In this document: positions 1-10,253 of the stretch, one piece after another
How the letters are laid out: each line of letters opens with the position of its first letter
Position numbering within the stretch: the stretch's first letter is position 1
From: Virgibacillus sp.
GTDB lineage: Bacteria > Bacillota > Bacilli > Bacillales > Amphibacillaceae
Assembly: GCA_035301285.1 (NCBI GenBank)
Contig: DATGUN010000088.1
Span: forward strand, 18,582 to 82,581
DNA: 64,000 nt
Direction of reading: 5' to 3'
Position numbers and translations under genes: made by a program
The notes under the pieces: model-generated
What the model was told of the DNA's origin: nothing
What the model saw: only the letters and a program-made list of their open reading frames with translations
The model's database searches: none

Positions 1-735
1 GAAGCTTTTCAAACAAGACGGGTAAAACGTGATGAAACTTATCCAGGACTCCAAATCGGTGATCGTGGGGAATGGGTTGGTGTACATCACATACGTAAAT
101 TAAGCATGATTCCATTTTTTGTTTTGGTTCCGGCAGGATCACTGTCTTCGATTGCTCCATTTTGGCCATATATTTCCATCGGAGATGAATCGTACAGTAT
201 TGTTCTTGTTCCATTTTTGCTTGGCTTTGACCATATCGCTCGTGGAAGGCATCCGAATGAATCGGCTAAAAAGATGGGCAATGCCGTTGGGTTATTGGCA
301 GTGATTGTATTGGTGATAGCAACGGGCGGTATTTATATGTCGTGGTTATCGTTGGTCAGTGTGCTTGTAGCACTTTTGGGGAAAGAGCTCATCAATGGAT
401 TGTATCGTGTCAAAGAAAAGGAACATCTCCCCTATTTCTATAATCAAAAGCAAGGTGTCGTTGTTTTAGCTGTTATTCCAGGTTCTTCTGCAGATAGAAT
501 CGGTATTGAACCTGGTGAAATGATCAAAAAAGTAAATGGCCAATCCATTGATGATGAGGCATCGTTTTATAACGCTTTGCAAACTGGAGGAGCCTTTTTT
601 AAGCTGGATGTCATTGATGATGATGGAGAGATTCGCTTTGTACAAAGCGCTTTATATGAAGGAGAGCATCATGAACTGGGTATTATCTTTGTAAAAGAAC
701 CCCATCGTTTTCAAACTCTGAAGCATGTACCCTAG
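1..735 (+). CDS. PDZ domain-containing membrane protein, C-terminal part (5' end outside window)
   Basis: Frame 1 is open from base 1, with no stop before the listed ATG at 106, so the ORF is cut by the window edge. Hydrophobic helices are followed by a PDZ-like block (VVLAVIPGSSADRIGIEPGEMIKKVNGQSI). Stop TAG 733-735. Confidence 0.6.
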   Translation, partial: EAFQTRRVKRDETYPGLQIGDRGEWVGVHHIRKLSMIPFFVLVPAGSLSSIAPFWPYISIGDESYSIVLVPFLLGFDHIARGRHPNESAKKMGNAVGLLAVIVLVIATGGIYMSWLSLVSVLVALLGKELINGLYRVKEKEHLPYFYNQKQGVVVLAVIPGSSADRIGIEPGEMIKKVNGQSIDDEASFYNALQTGGAFFKLDVIDDDGEIRFVQSALYEGEHHELGIIFVKEPHRFQTLKHVP

Positions 736-754
736 TCAAAGATGTTGATGTTTG

Positions 755-770
755 CAAACCATTTTTCATA
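755..770 (+). repeat. 16-nt direct repeat, copy 1 (CAAACCATTTTTCATA)
   Basis: Exact 16-mer also present at 843-858. The two copies flank the terminator hairpin at 778-822. Confidence 0.7.
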
Positions 771-777
771 GATGATG

Positions 778-822
778 TACCACATGTTTTAAACGTTACG
801 TTGAGGATATGTGGTATTTTTT
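778..822 (+). terminator. Intrinsic terminator after the PDZ protein gene
   Basis: TACCACAT (778-785) pairs with ATGTGGTA (809-816), followed by TTTTTT 817-822. Confidence 0.55.
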
Positions 823-842
823 GTGACGTTTTTTACCGCATT

Positions 843-858
843 CAAACCATTTTTCATA
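843..858 (+). repeat. 16-nt direct repeat, copy 2 (CAAACCATTTTTCATA)
   Basis: Identical to 755-770. Confidence 0.7.
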
Positions 859-881
859 ATACCTTGTTCCAATCTACAACC

Positions 882-912
882 ATTGTGTGACTTTTTTTGA
901 TTGTCACAGAAT
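882..912. repeat. 10-bp inverted repeat ATTGTGTGAC / GTCACAGAAT with 11-nt T-rich spacer, upstream of the oxidase operon
   Basis: The arms at 882-891 and 903-912 are complementary with one mismatch. Could be an operator or an RNA hairpin; function unknown. Confidence 0.4.
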
Positions 913-1050
913 AGTTACATATGCCACTTTTTAAGTGATTGCTCTCACTATAAAACGAAGCACGATTGCTTATTCTGTACATAGTTGCAACTATATTTGA
1001 TGGACAATGATATAAGCTTGGTAAATCATGTTTTTCAGGGGGGTTTTTGG

Positions 1051-1572
1051 ATGATGCAAATAATTGCTTGGATGACTTCCTTTATACTCATGTTATCGAT
1101 TGCCGTTGTATTCATCTGGGTAGCCGTAAAGTCTCGTGTCAGAAAAGAATATGATCCGATTGTTAAAAAGTGGTATAAAACACGCAAGGTTTATGGAACG
1201 GGTTTAATCATATTGATGTTGGTCGTCACGATTTATACATTACGTGAACTACCATACAATGAGCCAGTTTACGGGGCGACTGAAGAGGCAAAGGTTGTCG
1301 ATGTCGAAGCGATACAATTTGGTTGGGACATTGATGAACGTGAATTGGAAGCGGGGGAACCTGTCGAATTTCGTGTAACCGGTGCAGATGTTAACCATGG
1401 GTTCGGCATTTATGATGAGGATATGAATTTGATTGAACAAACACAGGCGATGCCCGATTATACGAACAAAGTATATGTGACGTTTGATAAGCCTGGGACA
1501 TATGAAATTTTGTGTCTTGAGTATTGTGGTGCCGGTCACCATATGATGAAAGATGAAATTGTCGTCAAATAA
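1051..1572 (+). CDS. Cytochrome c oxidase subunit II (CuA cupredoxin subunit)
   Basis: CuA ligand motif CLEYCGAGHHMM (C-x-E-x-C-G-x-x-H-x-x-M) near the C-terminus, plus two N-terminal TM helices. Start moved to ATG 1051 (in frame with the listed ORF at 985), with a G-rich SD about 7 nt upstream. Confidence 0.8.
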   Translation: MMQIIAWMTSFILMLSIAVVFIWVAVKSRVRKEYDPIVKKWYKTRKVYGTGLIILMLVVTIYTLRELPYNEPVYGATEEAKVVDVEAIQFGWDIDERELEAGEPVEFRVTGADVNHGFGIYDEDMNLIEQTQAMPDYTNKVYVTFDKPGTYEILCLEYCGAGHHMMKDEIVVK

Positions 1573-1591
1573 TAGGTCAGGAGGTCTAAAA

Positions 1592-3076
1592 ATGGGTGAA
1601 CCGTTGACTTTTGTATCATTGAAAAAAGATGACAAGCCGATAAAGGCATATTTATTGGTGGCAGGGACAACGATTTTGACAATGGTTGTATTCGGTATTC
1701 TGATGTTGCTCACTCAAGGAGGGGTGATGGATGCATCTCCACAAACATTCTATCAATATTTAACGATTCATGGTACGGGGATGATAGGTGCAGTTGCTTT
1801 AGCTGCAGCCGCTGTCATGTGGTATTTTTTAAGAAACTATGTTCAACTTTCGAAATTGGTTTTCAAGATCAATCTATGCTTGTTCCTGGTTGGTTTGATA
1901 ATGGTCGTCATCGGGGTTTTTTCATTTGAATATGCAGGAGGATGGACGTTTTTATATCCACTTCCCGCTTTATCCGGTGGGATGTGGGGAACAGCCGGCG
2001 CTTTACTTTACTTGATGGGAATGCTTTTGTTAGGTACAGGATTTCTGTTGTTTTATATCGATGTTGGAAGGGCTATCATTAAAAAGTATGGTAGTTTTGC
2101 TAAAGGGTTGGGCTGGGATATCATATGGGGTAAAAAACCCGAAAAAGATGCCCCCTCATCAACCGTAGTTGCTAGTACAATGGTGACAATCGTCAATACG
2201 ACGGGACTCCTTGCAGGTTCTTCGGTTATCATCATGAATATGATCCATGTCATCAATCCTTCGTTTACGTTTGATCCGTTGCTTGCCAAAAACCTGACAT
2301 ATGCATTTGGCCATATTTTTGCGAATTCAACGATATACATGGGTGTCATTGCCGTATATGAAATTTTATCCCGCAAGACAAACCGTCCATGGAAAGCTAA
2401 CAAACCTTTTTTGATTGCTTGGACGATGTCGACCGTTTTAACGATGCTTGTATATCCCCATCATTTACTGATGGATACAATCATGCCGAATTGGATTCTT
2501 ATCCTCGGGCAAGTCCTCTCCTTTATGAATGGATTGCCTGTCCTTGTCATTACGGCTTATGGAGCCTTGATGATTGTATATAAATCAGGTCTTAAATGGG
2601 ATATGGGATCGAAACTCATTTTCATTTCAATGTTGGGGTGGAGTATTGGTGTCGTTCCAGCTATTATCGATTCAGCTATCATAGTCAATAATGTGATGCA
2701 TAACACGAAATGGGTTCCAGGGCATTTTCACATGTATATGGGATTGGGGATCGTGGCCATGGTATTTGGTTTCATGTATTATCTTGGTGAAAACGAAAAC
2801 GATTTACAGACAGGCTTCATGGATAAAATGGCTTTAATATTCTATACAGTTGGATTCGTCGGTATCAGCGGTGGATTCTTGACTTCTGGGGCCTTGAGTG
2901 TACCAAGACGGTTCGCTTCATATATACCTGAGTGGATGGGGCCAGCCATTTTCGGTGCTGGTGCTGGGGTCTTGGTCCTGTTGGCTGTGTTCGTTTTCGT
3001 AGTATATTTCATCCGCTATCTATTGAGCGGAAAAAAAGATATGGGAAGCGATATCTATGAAAAGAAACTGGCGTAA
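1592..3076 (+). CDS. Heme-copper oxidase subunit I (short, ba3/B-family-like)
   Basis: Polytopic membrane protein with characteristic histidines (AFGHIF, YPHHLLMD, GHFHMYMG). AGGAGG 1579-1584 precedes ATG 1592. Assignment to the B family rests on the short length and the small subunit II, and is inference. Confidence 0.8.
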   Translation: MGEPLTFVSLKKDDKPIKAYLLVAGTTILTMVVFGILMLLTQGGVMDASPQTFYQYLTIHGTGMIGAVALAAAAVMWYFLRNYVQLSKLVFKINLCLFLVGLIMVVIGVFSFEYAGGWTFLYPLPALSGGMWGTAGALLYLMGMLLLGTGFLLFYIDVGRAIIKKYGSFAKGLGWDIIWGKKPEKDAPSSTVVASTMVTIVNTTGLLAGSSVIIMNMIHVINPSFTFDPLLAKNLTYAFGHIFANSTIYMGVIAVYEILSRKTNRPWKANKPFLIAWTMSTVLTMLVYPHHLLMDTIMPNWILILGQVLSFMNGLPVLVITAYGALMIVYKSGLKWDMGSKLIFISMLGWSIGVVPAIIDSAIIVNNVMHNTKWVPGHFHMYMGLGIVAMVFGFMYYLGENENDLQTGFMDKMALIFYTVGFVGISGGFLTSGALSVPRRFASYIPEWMGPAIFGAGAGVLVLLAVFVFVVYFIRYLLSGKKDMGSDIYEKKLA

Positions 3077-3692
3077 TCATATAGCCACTGTTGTCGTCAT
3101 CTTATTCGGGATTATTTTGTTATATGTCGGAACAGATGGGTTTCACGCGTTTACCAAAGAGAGTGCACGCATTCATGCACTCTCTGAAGAAAAACCTGAA
3201 ATCCCAGACGTTACTTTGGAAGACAGTAAAGGGCGTGAATATCTTTTTTCCGAATTCAGTGGTGACTATTTGTTGGTTACATTTGTATATACGAATTGTA
3301 CAACGGTTTGCCCACTGCTTGAGACAAATTTTTCCGAAGTATATGACCTTATTCCGGATAAATATATTGGAACGGATTTAAACTTTTTAACGATCAGTTT
3401 CGATCCGGAAAATGATGATCCGGAGACATTGGAAAAGTATCGCACGTATTTTGATAGCGATGGTGAAACATGGCGTATGGCTCGTGTAAACGATGAAGAA
3501 GAATTACAAGAACTGCTTGATACGCTGGATATTGTTGTCATTCCAGATGGAGAAGGTGACTTTTCCCATAATGTGGCATTTTATCTGATTGATCCATCGG
3601 GATATTTACAAGAAATCTATGATTTTCAGGAGATAGAAGAGACTGCCGAAAAAGTAGAGTCATTAGTAGGGGATAAAGCGAGGGATTCCTGA
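3057..3692 (+). CDS. SCO1/SenC family copper chaperone (thioredoxin fold)
   Basis: N-terminal TM helix, CTTVCP (CxxxC) and a distal His (DFSHNVAFYLIDPSG). Overlaps the subunit I stop by 20 nt, suggesting translational coupling. Confidence 0.8.
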   Translation: MKRNWRNHIATVVVILFGIILLYVGTDGFHAFTKESARIHALSEEKPEIPDVTLEDSKGREYLFSEFSGDYLLVTFVYTNCTTVCPLLETNFSEVYDLIPDKYIGTDLNFLTISFDPENDDPETLEKYRTYFDSDGETWRMARVNDEEELQELLDTLDIVVIPDGEGDFSHNVAFYLIDPSGYLQEIYDFQEIEETAEKVESLVGDKARDS

Positions 3693-4249
3693 TGAAACGT
3701 TTTTCAGCTGGAATGGGGCTTTATATATTTTTATTAATTCCGTCGGTTGTTAACTGGATGGAATCAATCATGATTGTGCATATGTTCCTTCAGCTGCCGT
3801 TACTAATCGTGTCAGGAGTATTTGTTGGAAAGACCATGATCAGGCCATTTTCCCGCTTGTTTTCCAATTGGAATGCAAATGGTGTACCATGTATTATGAT
3901 TGCGGTTTTCATGACGACATATTGGATGTTGCCACGGGCAATGGATGAGGCTTTGAGTGATCCATATGTTGAATGGTTTAAGTTCGTCAGCTTGCCCCTT
4001 GTTGGTATTTGTATCGTGGATAGTTGGAAGAAATTAAATGGAATCGGTAAAGGGTTTCTATTTTTTAATTATTTGCCGATGTTTGGACTGATGGCTTGGT
4101 TATATATCGATTCACCTGTACAGGTGTGTAATTATTATTTAACCACGGAACAAAGGGTTCTCGGATGGGGATTTGCATTTATAACATGTTGTATGATTTT
4201 TTATATCATCCAATATGTATTTACTGATCATTTGAAGAAGGCGGATTGA
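3692..4249 (+). CDS. Integral membrane protein of unknown function, possibly CtaG-like oxidase assembly factor
   Basis: The ATG overlaps the SCO stop (TGATG). Five or six hydrophobic helices. IVHMFLQLPLLIVSG resembles the HM-x-Q-x-L motif of Bacillus-type CtaG, but the match is weak, recalled from memory, and the protein is about half that length. Confidence 0.5.
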   Translation: MKRFSAGMGLYIFLLIPSVVNWMESIMIVHMFLQLPLLIVSGVFVGKTMIRPFSRLFSNWNANGVPCIMIAVFMTTYWMLPRAMDEALSDPYVEWFKFVSLPLVGICIVDSWKKLNGIGKGFLFFNYLPMFGLMAWLYIDSPVQVCNYYLTTEQRVLGWGFAFITCCMIFYIIQYVFTDHLKKAD

Positions 4250-4371
4250 ATCAACAATTAGTATAAAAAGCCATGATGATAAAGGAAATTTTGGCCGAGA
4301 TAGGGATGTTTCAATGCGGTACAATGCTTTACATGATTGATGCGGGTCAAAAATGGATGAAAATGTTTGCA

Positions 4372-4437
4372 CGAACAATGATGGAATCGAGACAAAAGCG
4401 TTTGACGCAGATTCTAATCATTGTTCGGCTTTTTTTT
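4372..4437 (+). terminator. Long hairpin with U-run, probable terminator of the oxidase operon
   Basis: CGAACAATGAT (4372-4382) pairs with ATCATTGTTCG (4417-4427). An inner GAATC/GATTC helix is present, followed by T-run 4430-4437. Confidence 0.5.
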
Positions 4438-4527
4438 GTCAGATGAAATCTATCTTTTGGACATGTGTTTTCAGGACGCGTATCATGGATAAAATAATGG
4501 ATGATATACGTACCAGAGCAAATCAAT

Positions 4528-4541
4528 CGAATATTTGTTCG
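4528..4541 (+). promoter_or_regulatory. LexA (Cheo/SOS) box in the uvrB promoter
   Basis: CGAATATTTGTTCG fits the Bacillus consensus CGAAC-N4-GTTCG with one deviation. It lies 28 nt upstream of an extended -10, TGTTATAAT (4569-4577), before uvrB. Confidence 0.7.
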
Positions 4542-4617
4542 TTTTTTGTTAAAGTAGAAACACGAATATGTTATAATGATAAGATAATAAACCTACGAAT
4601 AAACGGAGGACTGGCTT

Positions 4618-6600
4618 GTGGACAACCAATTTGAACTAGTGGCAGGCTATAAACCGAGCGGTGATCAGCCCAAAGCAATTGATGAACTCGTCGGAAAAGT
4701 GAAATCCGGCAAGCGCCATCAAACATTGCTTGGGGCGACAGGTACCGGAAAAACATTTACGGTATCCAATGTATTGAAAGAAGTCAACCGTCCAACACTT
4801 GTTATGGCTCATAACAAAACATTAGCTGGACAATTATATAGTGAGTTCAAGGAGTATTTCCCCAATAATGCGGTCGAATACTTTGTCAGTTACTATGATT
4901 ATTACCAACCCGAAGCATATGTCCCATCGACTGATACATTCATCGAAAAGGATGCGAGTATCAATGATGAAATAGATAAACTACGCCATTCAGCAACATC
5001 AGCTCTTTTTGAAAGGAATGATGTTCTGATTGTTTCCAGTGTATCGTGCATCTATGGACTGGGTTCGCCCGAAGAGTACCGTAGTCAGGTGCTTTCACTA
5101 AGGATGGGAATGGAAAAGGACCGTGATCAATTGCTGAGAGACCTGGTCGATATCCAATATGCACGTAATGATATTGATTTCCAACGTGGTACATTCCGGG
5201 TAAGAGGCGATTCTGTGGAAGTTATTCCAGCCTCAAGAGAAGAACACTGTTTTCGTGTGGAGTTTTTTGGAGACGAAATCGATCGTATTCGTGAAGTTGA
5301 TGCCTTGACAGGGGAAATAATCGGAGATAGGGAACATGTGGCTATTTTTCCTGCTTCCCACTTTGTGACACGTGAAGAAAAATTGAAAAAAGCAATCAAG
5401 AATATTGAGGCGGAATTGCAAGATCGCTTGAAAGAATTACGATCCGAAAATAAACTATTGGAAGCTCAGCGTATTGAACAACGAACAAACTATGACATTG
5501 AAATGATGGAAGAAATGGGCTTTTGCTCCGGGATCGAAAATTATTCACGCCATTTGACTTTTCGTGAACCCGGTTCAACCCCGTATACATTGCTAGATTA
5601 TTTTCCGGATGACTTTTTGGTCGTCATTGATGAATCTCATGCGACCATTCCTCAAATCCGTGGGATGTACAATGGGGACAAAGCACGGAAACAAGTTTTG
5701 GTGGATCATGGCTTCAGATTGCCATCGGCACTTGATAACCGTCCATTGCAGTTTGAGGAATTTGAAACAAAAACAAATCAATTGATGTATATTTCGGCAA
5801 CACCTGGTCCCTACGAACTGGAGCACTCCGGTGAAGTAACCGAACAAATTATCCGTCCAACAGGCTTGTTAGACCCTAAAATCGATATCAGGCCAATAGA
5901 AGGTCAAATCGATGATCTGATCGGAGAAATCAATAAACGGAAAGATAAGAATGAACGTGTGTTGATAACGACCTTGACCAAGAAAATGGCTGAAGATCTG
6001 ACAGATTATTTCAAAGAACTTGGTATGAAGGTCGCTTATTTACATTCGGAAATCAAGACGTTGGAACGAATTGAAATCATTCGCGATTTAAGAGTGGGAA
6101 AATATGATGTATTGGTTGGCATCAACTTATTGCGTGAAGGGCTGGATATTCCAGAGGTCTCACTGGTTGCGATTTTGGATGCTGATAAAGAAGGTTTTCT
6201 CCGTTCAGAACGCTCGTTGATCCAGACTGCCGGTCGTGCGGCCAGAAACGAGCACGGTGAAGTATATATGTATGCCGATAATATCACTGACTCGATGCGG
6301 GTCGCAATCGATGAAACAAACCGTAGACGGGAGAAACAAATCGCATATAATGAAAAATATAATATTACACCAAAGACAATCAAAAAGGACGTTCGCGATG
6401 TCATACGCGCAACGGTAGCGGCTGAATCAGAGGAAACGTATAAAGAGGATACACCATCGTTAACAAATTTATCCAAGAAAGAAAAGGGTAAAGTGATCGA
6501 AAAAATGGAGAAAGAAATGCGGGAAGCTGCCAAAGCGCTTGATTTTGAAAAAGCTGCCGAATTGCGTGATGTCGTGTTTGAATTAAAAGCGGAAGGATGA
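4618..6600 (+). CDS. uvrB: Excinuclease ABC subunit B
   Basis: Walker A GATGTGKT, helicase motifs and a C-terminal UVR motif ([12 protein letters not shown]). GTG start with GGAGGA SD. Confidence 0.97.
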   Translation: MDNQFELVAGYKPSGDQPKAIDELVGKVKSGKRHQTLLGATGTGKTFTVSNVLKEVNRPTLVMAHNKTLAGQLYSEFKEYFPNNAVEYFVSYYDYYQPEAYVPSTDTFIEKDASINDEIDKLRHSATSALFERNDVLIVSSVSCIYGLGSPEEYRSQVLSLRMGMEKDRDQLLRDLVDIQYARNDIDFQRGTFRVRGDSVEVIPASREEHCFRVEFFGDEIDRIREVDALTGEIIGDREHVAIFPASHFVTREEKLKKAIKNIEAELQDRLKELRSENKLLEAQRIEQRTNYDIEMMEEMGFCSGIENYSRHLTFREPGSTPYTLLDYFPDDFLVVIDESHATIPQIRGMYNGDKARKQVLVDHGFRLPSALDNRPLQFEEFETKTNQLMYISATPGPYELEHSGEVTEQIIRPTGLLDPKIDIRPIEGQIDDLIGEINKRKDKNERVLITTLTKKMAEDLTDYFKELGMKVAYLHSEIKTLERIEIIRDLRVGKYDVLVGINLLREGLDIPEVSLVAILDADKEGFLRSERSLIQTAGRAARNEHGEVYMYADNITDSMRVAIDETNRRREKQIAYNEKYNITPKTIKKDVRDVIRATVAAESEETYKEDTPSLTNLSKKEKGKVIEKMEKEMREAAKALDFEKAAELRDVVFELKAEG

Positions 6601-6607
6601 CCAGTTC

Positions 6608-9484
6608 ATGGCTAATAAATCAATTAATATTCAAGGTGCCAGGGCACATAATCTAAAAAATATAGATGTCAATATACCTAAAAACAATTTAGTTGTGGTG
6701 ACGGGCTTGTCGGGATCGGGAAAGTCGTCGCTTGCGTTCGATACAATCTATGCGGAGGGGCAAAGGCGATATGTGGAATCGTTATCGGCTTACGCCCGGC
6801 AGTTTTTGGGACAGATGGATAAACCAGATGTTGACCTGATTGAGGGATTATCCCCGGCGATTTCCATCGATCAGAAAACGACAAGCAAAAACCCACGGTC
6901 AACGGTTGGAACCGTTACGGAAATATATGATTATCTCAGGCTTCTATTTGCCAGGGTAGGTCATCCAACATGTCCGAAACATGGAATTGAAATTAGTTCA
7001 CAGACGGTTCAACAGATGGTTGACCGTATTATGGAATATCCGGAACGAACTAAAATGCAAATCATGGCTCCGGTTGTTTCCGGCCGTAAAGGTGAACATG
7101 TAAAAACGTTGGAAAACCTGAAAAAAGAAGGATACATCCGTATACGTGTCGATGGGGAAATGCTTGAGGTGACCGATGATATCCAGCTCGATAAGAATAA
7201 GAAGCATTCCATTGAAGTCGTGATCGACCGGATTATAGTAAAGGGCGGCATTCATGGTCGCTTGAGTGATTCCATTGAAACGGCACTTGGACTTGGTGAA
7301 GGGAAAGTGATTGTCGATGTCATTGGAGAGGAAGAATTATTATTCAATGAAAATCATTCCTGTCCGATTTGCGGATTTTCGATTGATGAGATGGAGCCGC
7401 GCCTATTTTCGTTCAATAGCCCATATGGCGCCTGCAAGACATGCGATGGTCTAGGAACGAATCTGGAAGTGGATATTGACCTTGTCATACCGGATTGGAG
7501 CAAGTCACTTAAAAAACATGCCATCGATGCATGGAAACCAATCAGCTCACAGTATTACCCACAGTTATTGAAAAGTGTCTGTGACCATTATGGGATTAAC
7601 ATGAACACTCCCGTAAAAGATTTACCAAAAGAACAAATGGATAAAGTCCTTTATGGTAGCGGTAAGGAAAAAATACGTTTTCATTATGTCAATGACTTTG
7701 GAAAAAAACGTGATAATGATATACAGTTTGAAGGAGTATTGAATAATATATCTAGAAGATATAAAGAAACGACTTCTGATTTTATCCGTGAAAAACTTGG
7801 AACATATATGGCTGAAAAGAATTGTCCGACATGTCATGGCTACCGTTTAAGAAAAGAGGCTTTGGCTGTACTTCTGAATGGGATTCATATAAGCAATGTT
7901 ACCGATTTTTCCATTACAGAGGCCCAAGCATTTTTCCGCGATCTCCCATTGACAGAAAAAGAGGAACAAATAGCCCGTTTGATTTTAAAGGAAATCCAGA
8001 GCCGTTTGGAATTTTTGCGAAATGTCGGCTTGGATTATCTAACAATGTCACGTTCTGCCGGAACATTATCAGGTGGCGAGGCGCAGCGAATTCGCTTGGC
8101 AACACAGATTGGTTCGGCTCTTACTGGTGTTTTATATGTTCTTGACGAACCGTCCATCGGTCTTCATCAACGTGATAATGATCGGTTGATCAGAACATTG
8201 CAGGGAATGCGTGATCTGGATAATACACTTATTGTTGTTGAACATGATGAGGATACGATGCTGCAGGCAGATTGGTTGATCGATATCGGTCCCGGTGCAG
8301 GGGAACATGGTGGAAATATAGTTGCCAGTGGTACACCACAGAGTGTTATGGCAAATCAAGAATCATTGACAGGACAATACTTATCGGGGAATAGATTCAT
8401 GCCTGTCCCTACCCACAGACGCAAGCCAAGCAAGCGTAAAATACAGATTGTCGAAGCCGGTGAAAATAATCTGAAAGATATTTCAGTTCATATACCAATC
8501 GGATTGATGACGGTTGTTACCGGTGTGTCGGGTTCAGGTAAGAGTACTTTGGTCAATGAAATTTTATATAAATCTATGGCGCGGAGCCTTTATAAGGGGA
8601 AGCATAAACCCGGAACACATAAAAAAATAAACGGATTGAAACACGTCGAAAAAGTCATTAACATTGATCAGTCACCGATTGGGCGTACACCTCGATCCAA
8701 TCCGGCAACATACACAAGTATGTTTGACGATGTACGGGATGTGTTCGCCCAGACGAATGAAGCGAAAGTACGTGGTTATAAAAAAGGGCGCTTCAGTTTC
8801 AACGTGAAAGGCGGACGGTGTGAAGCATGCCGCGGTGATGGGATTATCAAAATTGAAATGCATTTCCTTCCTGATGTTTATGTCCCATGTGAAGTATGTC
8901 ATGGAAAACGATATAATCGTGAGACACTTGAAGTCCAATATAAAGGGAAGACCATTGCAGACGTTCTGGATATGACGATTGAGGATGCATTGGATTTCTT
9001 CAGCAATATCCCCAAAATCAAGCGGAAACTACAGACCATCTATGATGTCGGCCTTGGTTATATCAAGCTTGGTCAACCCGCAACAACTTTATCGGGTGGG
9101 GAAGCGCAACGCGTCAAATTGGCTAGCGAACTTCATAAACGTTCGGATGGAAAATCGGTTTATATTTTAGATGAACCGACGACTGGTCTTCATACAGATG
9201 ATATTAAACGATTGATGGATGTATTGAATCGCATTGTTGATAATGGTGATACGGTTGTCATTATCGAACACAATCTCGACGTGATCAAAACAGCCGATCA
9301 TATTATCGATCTCGGTCCGGAAGGTGGAGACCGCGGTGGTGAAATTGTTGCTACAGGCACACCGGAGAAAATTGCCGCATGTGAGGAATCATATACAGGG
9401 AAATATTTAAAACCAGTTCTGGAACGAGATAAAAGACGTATGGATGAAACATTGAAAAACAAAGAAAAAGTAGTCTCTGAATAG
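6608..9484 (+). CDS. uvrA: Excinuclease ABC subunit A
   Basis: Two ABC modules ([18 protein letters not shown]), LSGGE signatures and CxxC zinc-finger pairs; 958 aa. Confidence 0.97.
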   Translation: MANKSINIQGARAHNLKNIDVNIPKNNLVVVTGLSGSGKSSLAFDTIYAEGQRRYVESLSAYARQFLGQMDKPDVDLIEGLSPAISIDQKTTSKNPRSTVGTVTEIYDYLRLLFARVGHPTCPKHGIEISSQTVQQMVDRIMEYPERTKMQIMAPVVSGRKGEHVKTLENLKKEGYIRIRVDGEMLEVTDDIQLDKNKKHSIEVVIDRIIVKGGIHGRLSDSIETALGLGEGKVIVDVIGEEELLFNENHSCPICGFSIDEMEPRLFSFNSPYGACKTCDGLGTNLEVDIDLVIPDWSKSLKKHAIDAWKPISSQYYPQLLKSVCDHYGINMNTPVKDLPKEQMDKVLYGSGKEKIRFHYVNDFGKKRDNDIQFEGVLNNISRRYKETTSDFIREKLGTYMAEKNCPTCHGYRLRKEALAVLLNGIHISNVTDFSITEAQAFFRDLPLTEKEEQIARLILKEIQSRLEFLRNVGLDYLTMSRSAGTLSGGEAQRIRLATQIGSALTGVLYVLDEPSIGLHQRDNDRLIRTLQGMRDLDNTLIVVEHDEDTMLQADWLIDIGPGAGEHGGNIVASGTPQSVMANQESLTGQYLSGNRFMPVPTHRRKPSKRKIQIVEAGENNLKDISVHIPIGLMTVVTGVSGSGKSTLVNEILYKSMARSLYKGKHKPGTHKKINGLKHVEKVINIDQSPIGRTPRSNPATYTSMFDDVRDVFAQTNEAKVRGYKKGRFSFNVKGGRCEACRGDGIIKIEMHFLPDVYVPCEVCHGKRYNRETLEVQYKGKTIADVLDMTIEDALDFFSNIPKIKRKLQTIYDVGLGYIKLGQPATTLSGGEAQRVKLASELHKRSDGKSVYILDEPTTGLHTDDIKRLMDVLNRIVDNGDTVVIIEHNLDVIKTADHIIDLGPEGGDRGGEIVATGTPEKIAACEESYTGKYLKPVLERDKRRMDETLKNKEKVVSE

Positions 9485-9658
9485 TCCAAGGTTCCATCGG
9501 TGTATTTACTTCGATTGTGTAGGATAAAAGGACTTGTACGTGATATTGATCGTCTGATGAAGATGGGGATTAAAATAAGCGGGTAACATTGAGAAAGTAA
9601 GTCGTTTTCATGGGTGAATGATATGTCTGTTGCGTTCCTGTTCATTCCGTAAGCCATA

Positions 9659-9724
9659 AGTAGGGAAAGAACCCCAGATAGATACTCGAGAGCATCTAAG
9701 TGACCCTACTCTATTCTATTTTTT
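9659..9724 (+). terminator. Stem AGTAGGG/CCCTACT with large structured loop and T-run; possible uvrA terminator or 3' end of an unassigned RNA
   Basis: 9659-9665 pairs with 9704-9710, followed by CTATTCTATTTTTT. It lies about 175 nt after the uvrA stop. Confidence 0.4.
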
Positions 9725-9849
9725 CTTGTGTGCTTTTGTTTTTATCTCATGCCACTTTACTGGATTTCAGGTGTTTGTGCTAAAGACAAAATTTTTGACG
9801 AATATATATTGGTTCGATAATGTAAAAGAGTGGAGAGGAGACGGGTATA

Positions 9850-10200
9850 ATGAAATCAATACAAATAGAAGATGTTCAAACATCACTTGAGCAATTTAAG
9901 GACAAACCCGTATATATTCATGTGGAAACGACTAACGGTGCATATGCAGGCCATTTCAATGATAAAGCCTATAATGTGGGTGCCTATGTTCGAAATGCAC
10001 AGGTGACATTTTCGCAAGCCAAAATAGTAGGTGCCGGATCTGCCTATCGAGTCGGATTGAAAACCGAACAAGGATGGATTTATGCTGAAGGTTTGACGGA
10101 TTGGATCATAGAAAATGATTCCAGCTTACTATTGGCAGGTCATGACCGTGAGGGACGTCTAATGGTATCACTGGAAATCAGTGAAACACCCTTCAAATAA
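9850..10200 (+). CDS. yojF: YojF family protein (DUF1806)
   Basis: 116 aa. Close to the remembered B. subtilis YojF (VYIHxETT, YRVGLKTExGWIYAEGLT) and followed by bshB2, as in B. subtilis. Confidence 0.8.
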   Translation: MKSIQIEDVQTSLEQFKDKPVYIHVETTNGAYAGHFNDKAYNVGAYVRNAQVTFSQAKIVGAGSAYRVGLKTEQGWIYAEGLTDWIIENDSSLLLAGHDREGRLMVSLEISETPFK

Positions 10201-10253
10201 CAAATACATTCAAGACACAATGACTTAACTGAGGATAAGTGAAGGTGATATTA

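Noticed and set aside
886-908. TGTGA...TCACA as an FNR or Rex box upstream of the oxidase operon
   Set aside because: The core spacing is 13 nt instead of 6 (Fnr), and the flanks do not fit TTGTGAA-N4-TTCACAA (Rex). I kept it only as an unexplained inverted repeat.
1249-1713. 154-aa minus-strand ORF across the oxidase subunit II/I junction, and similar antisense ORFs inside uvrB, uvrA, gapA, pgk, gpmI and rnr
   Set aside because: All lie antisense to high-confidence conserved genes, lack an SD and give low-complexity products.
4372-4427. CGAAC ... GTTCG pair as a second LexA box
   Set aside because: The half-sites are 40 nt apart, not 4. They form the stem of a terminator hairpin instead.
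4353-4634. 93-aa plus-strand ORF upstream of uvrB
   Set aside because: It has no SD. It runs through a terminator hairpin, the LexA box, the uvrB promoter and the uvrB start codon. The product is Cys/Phe-rich with no recognisable fold.
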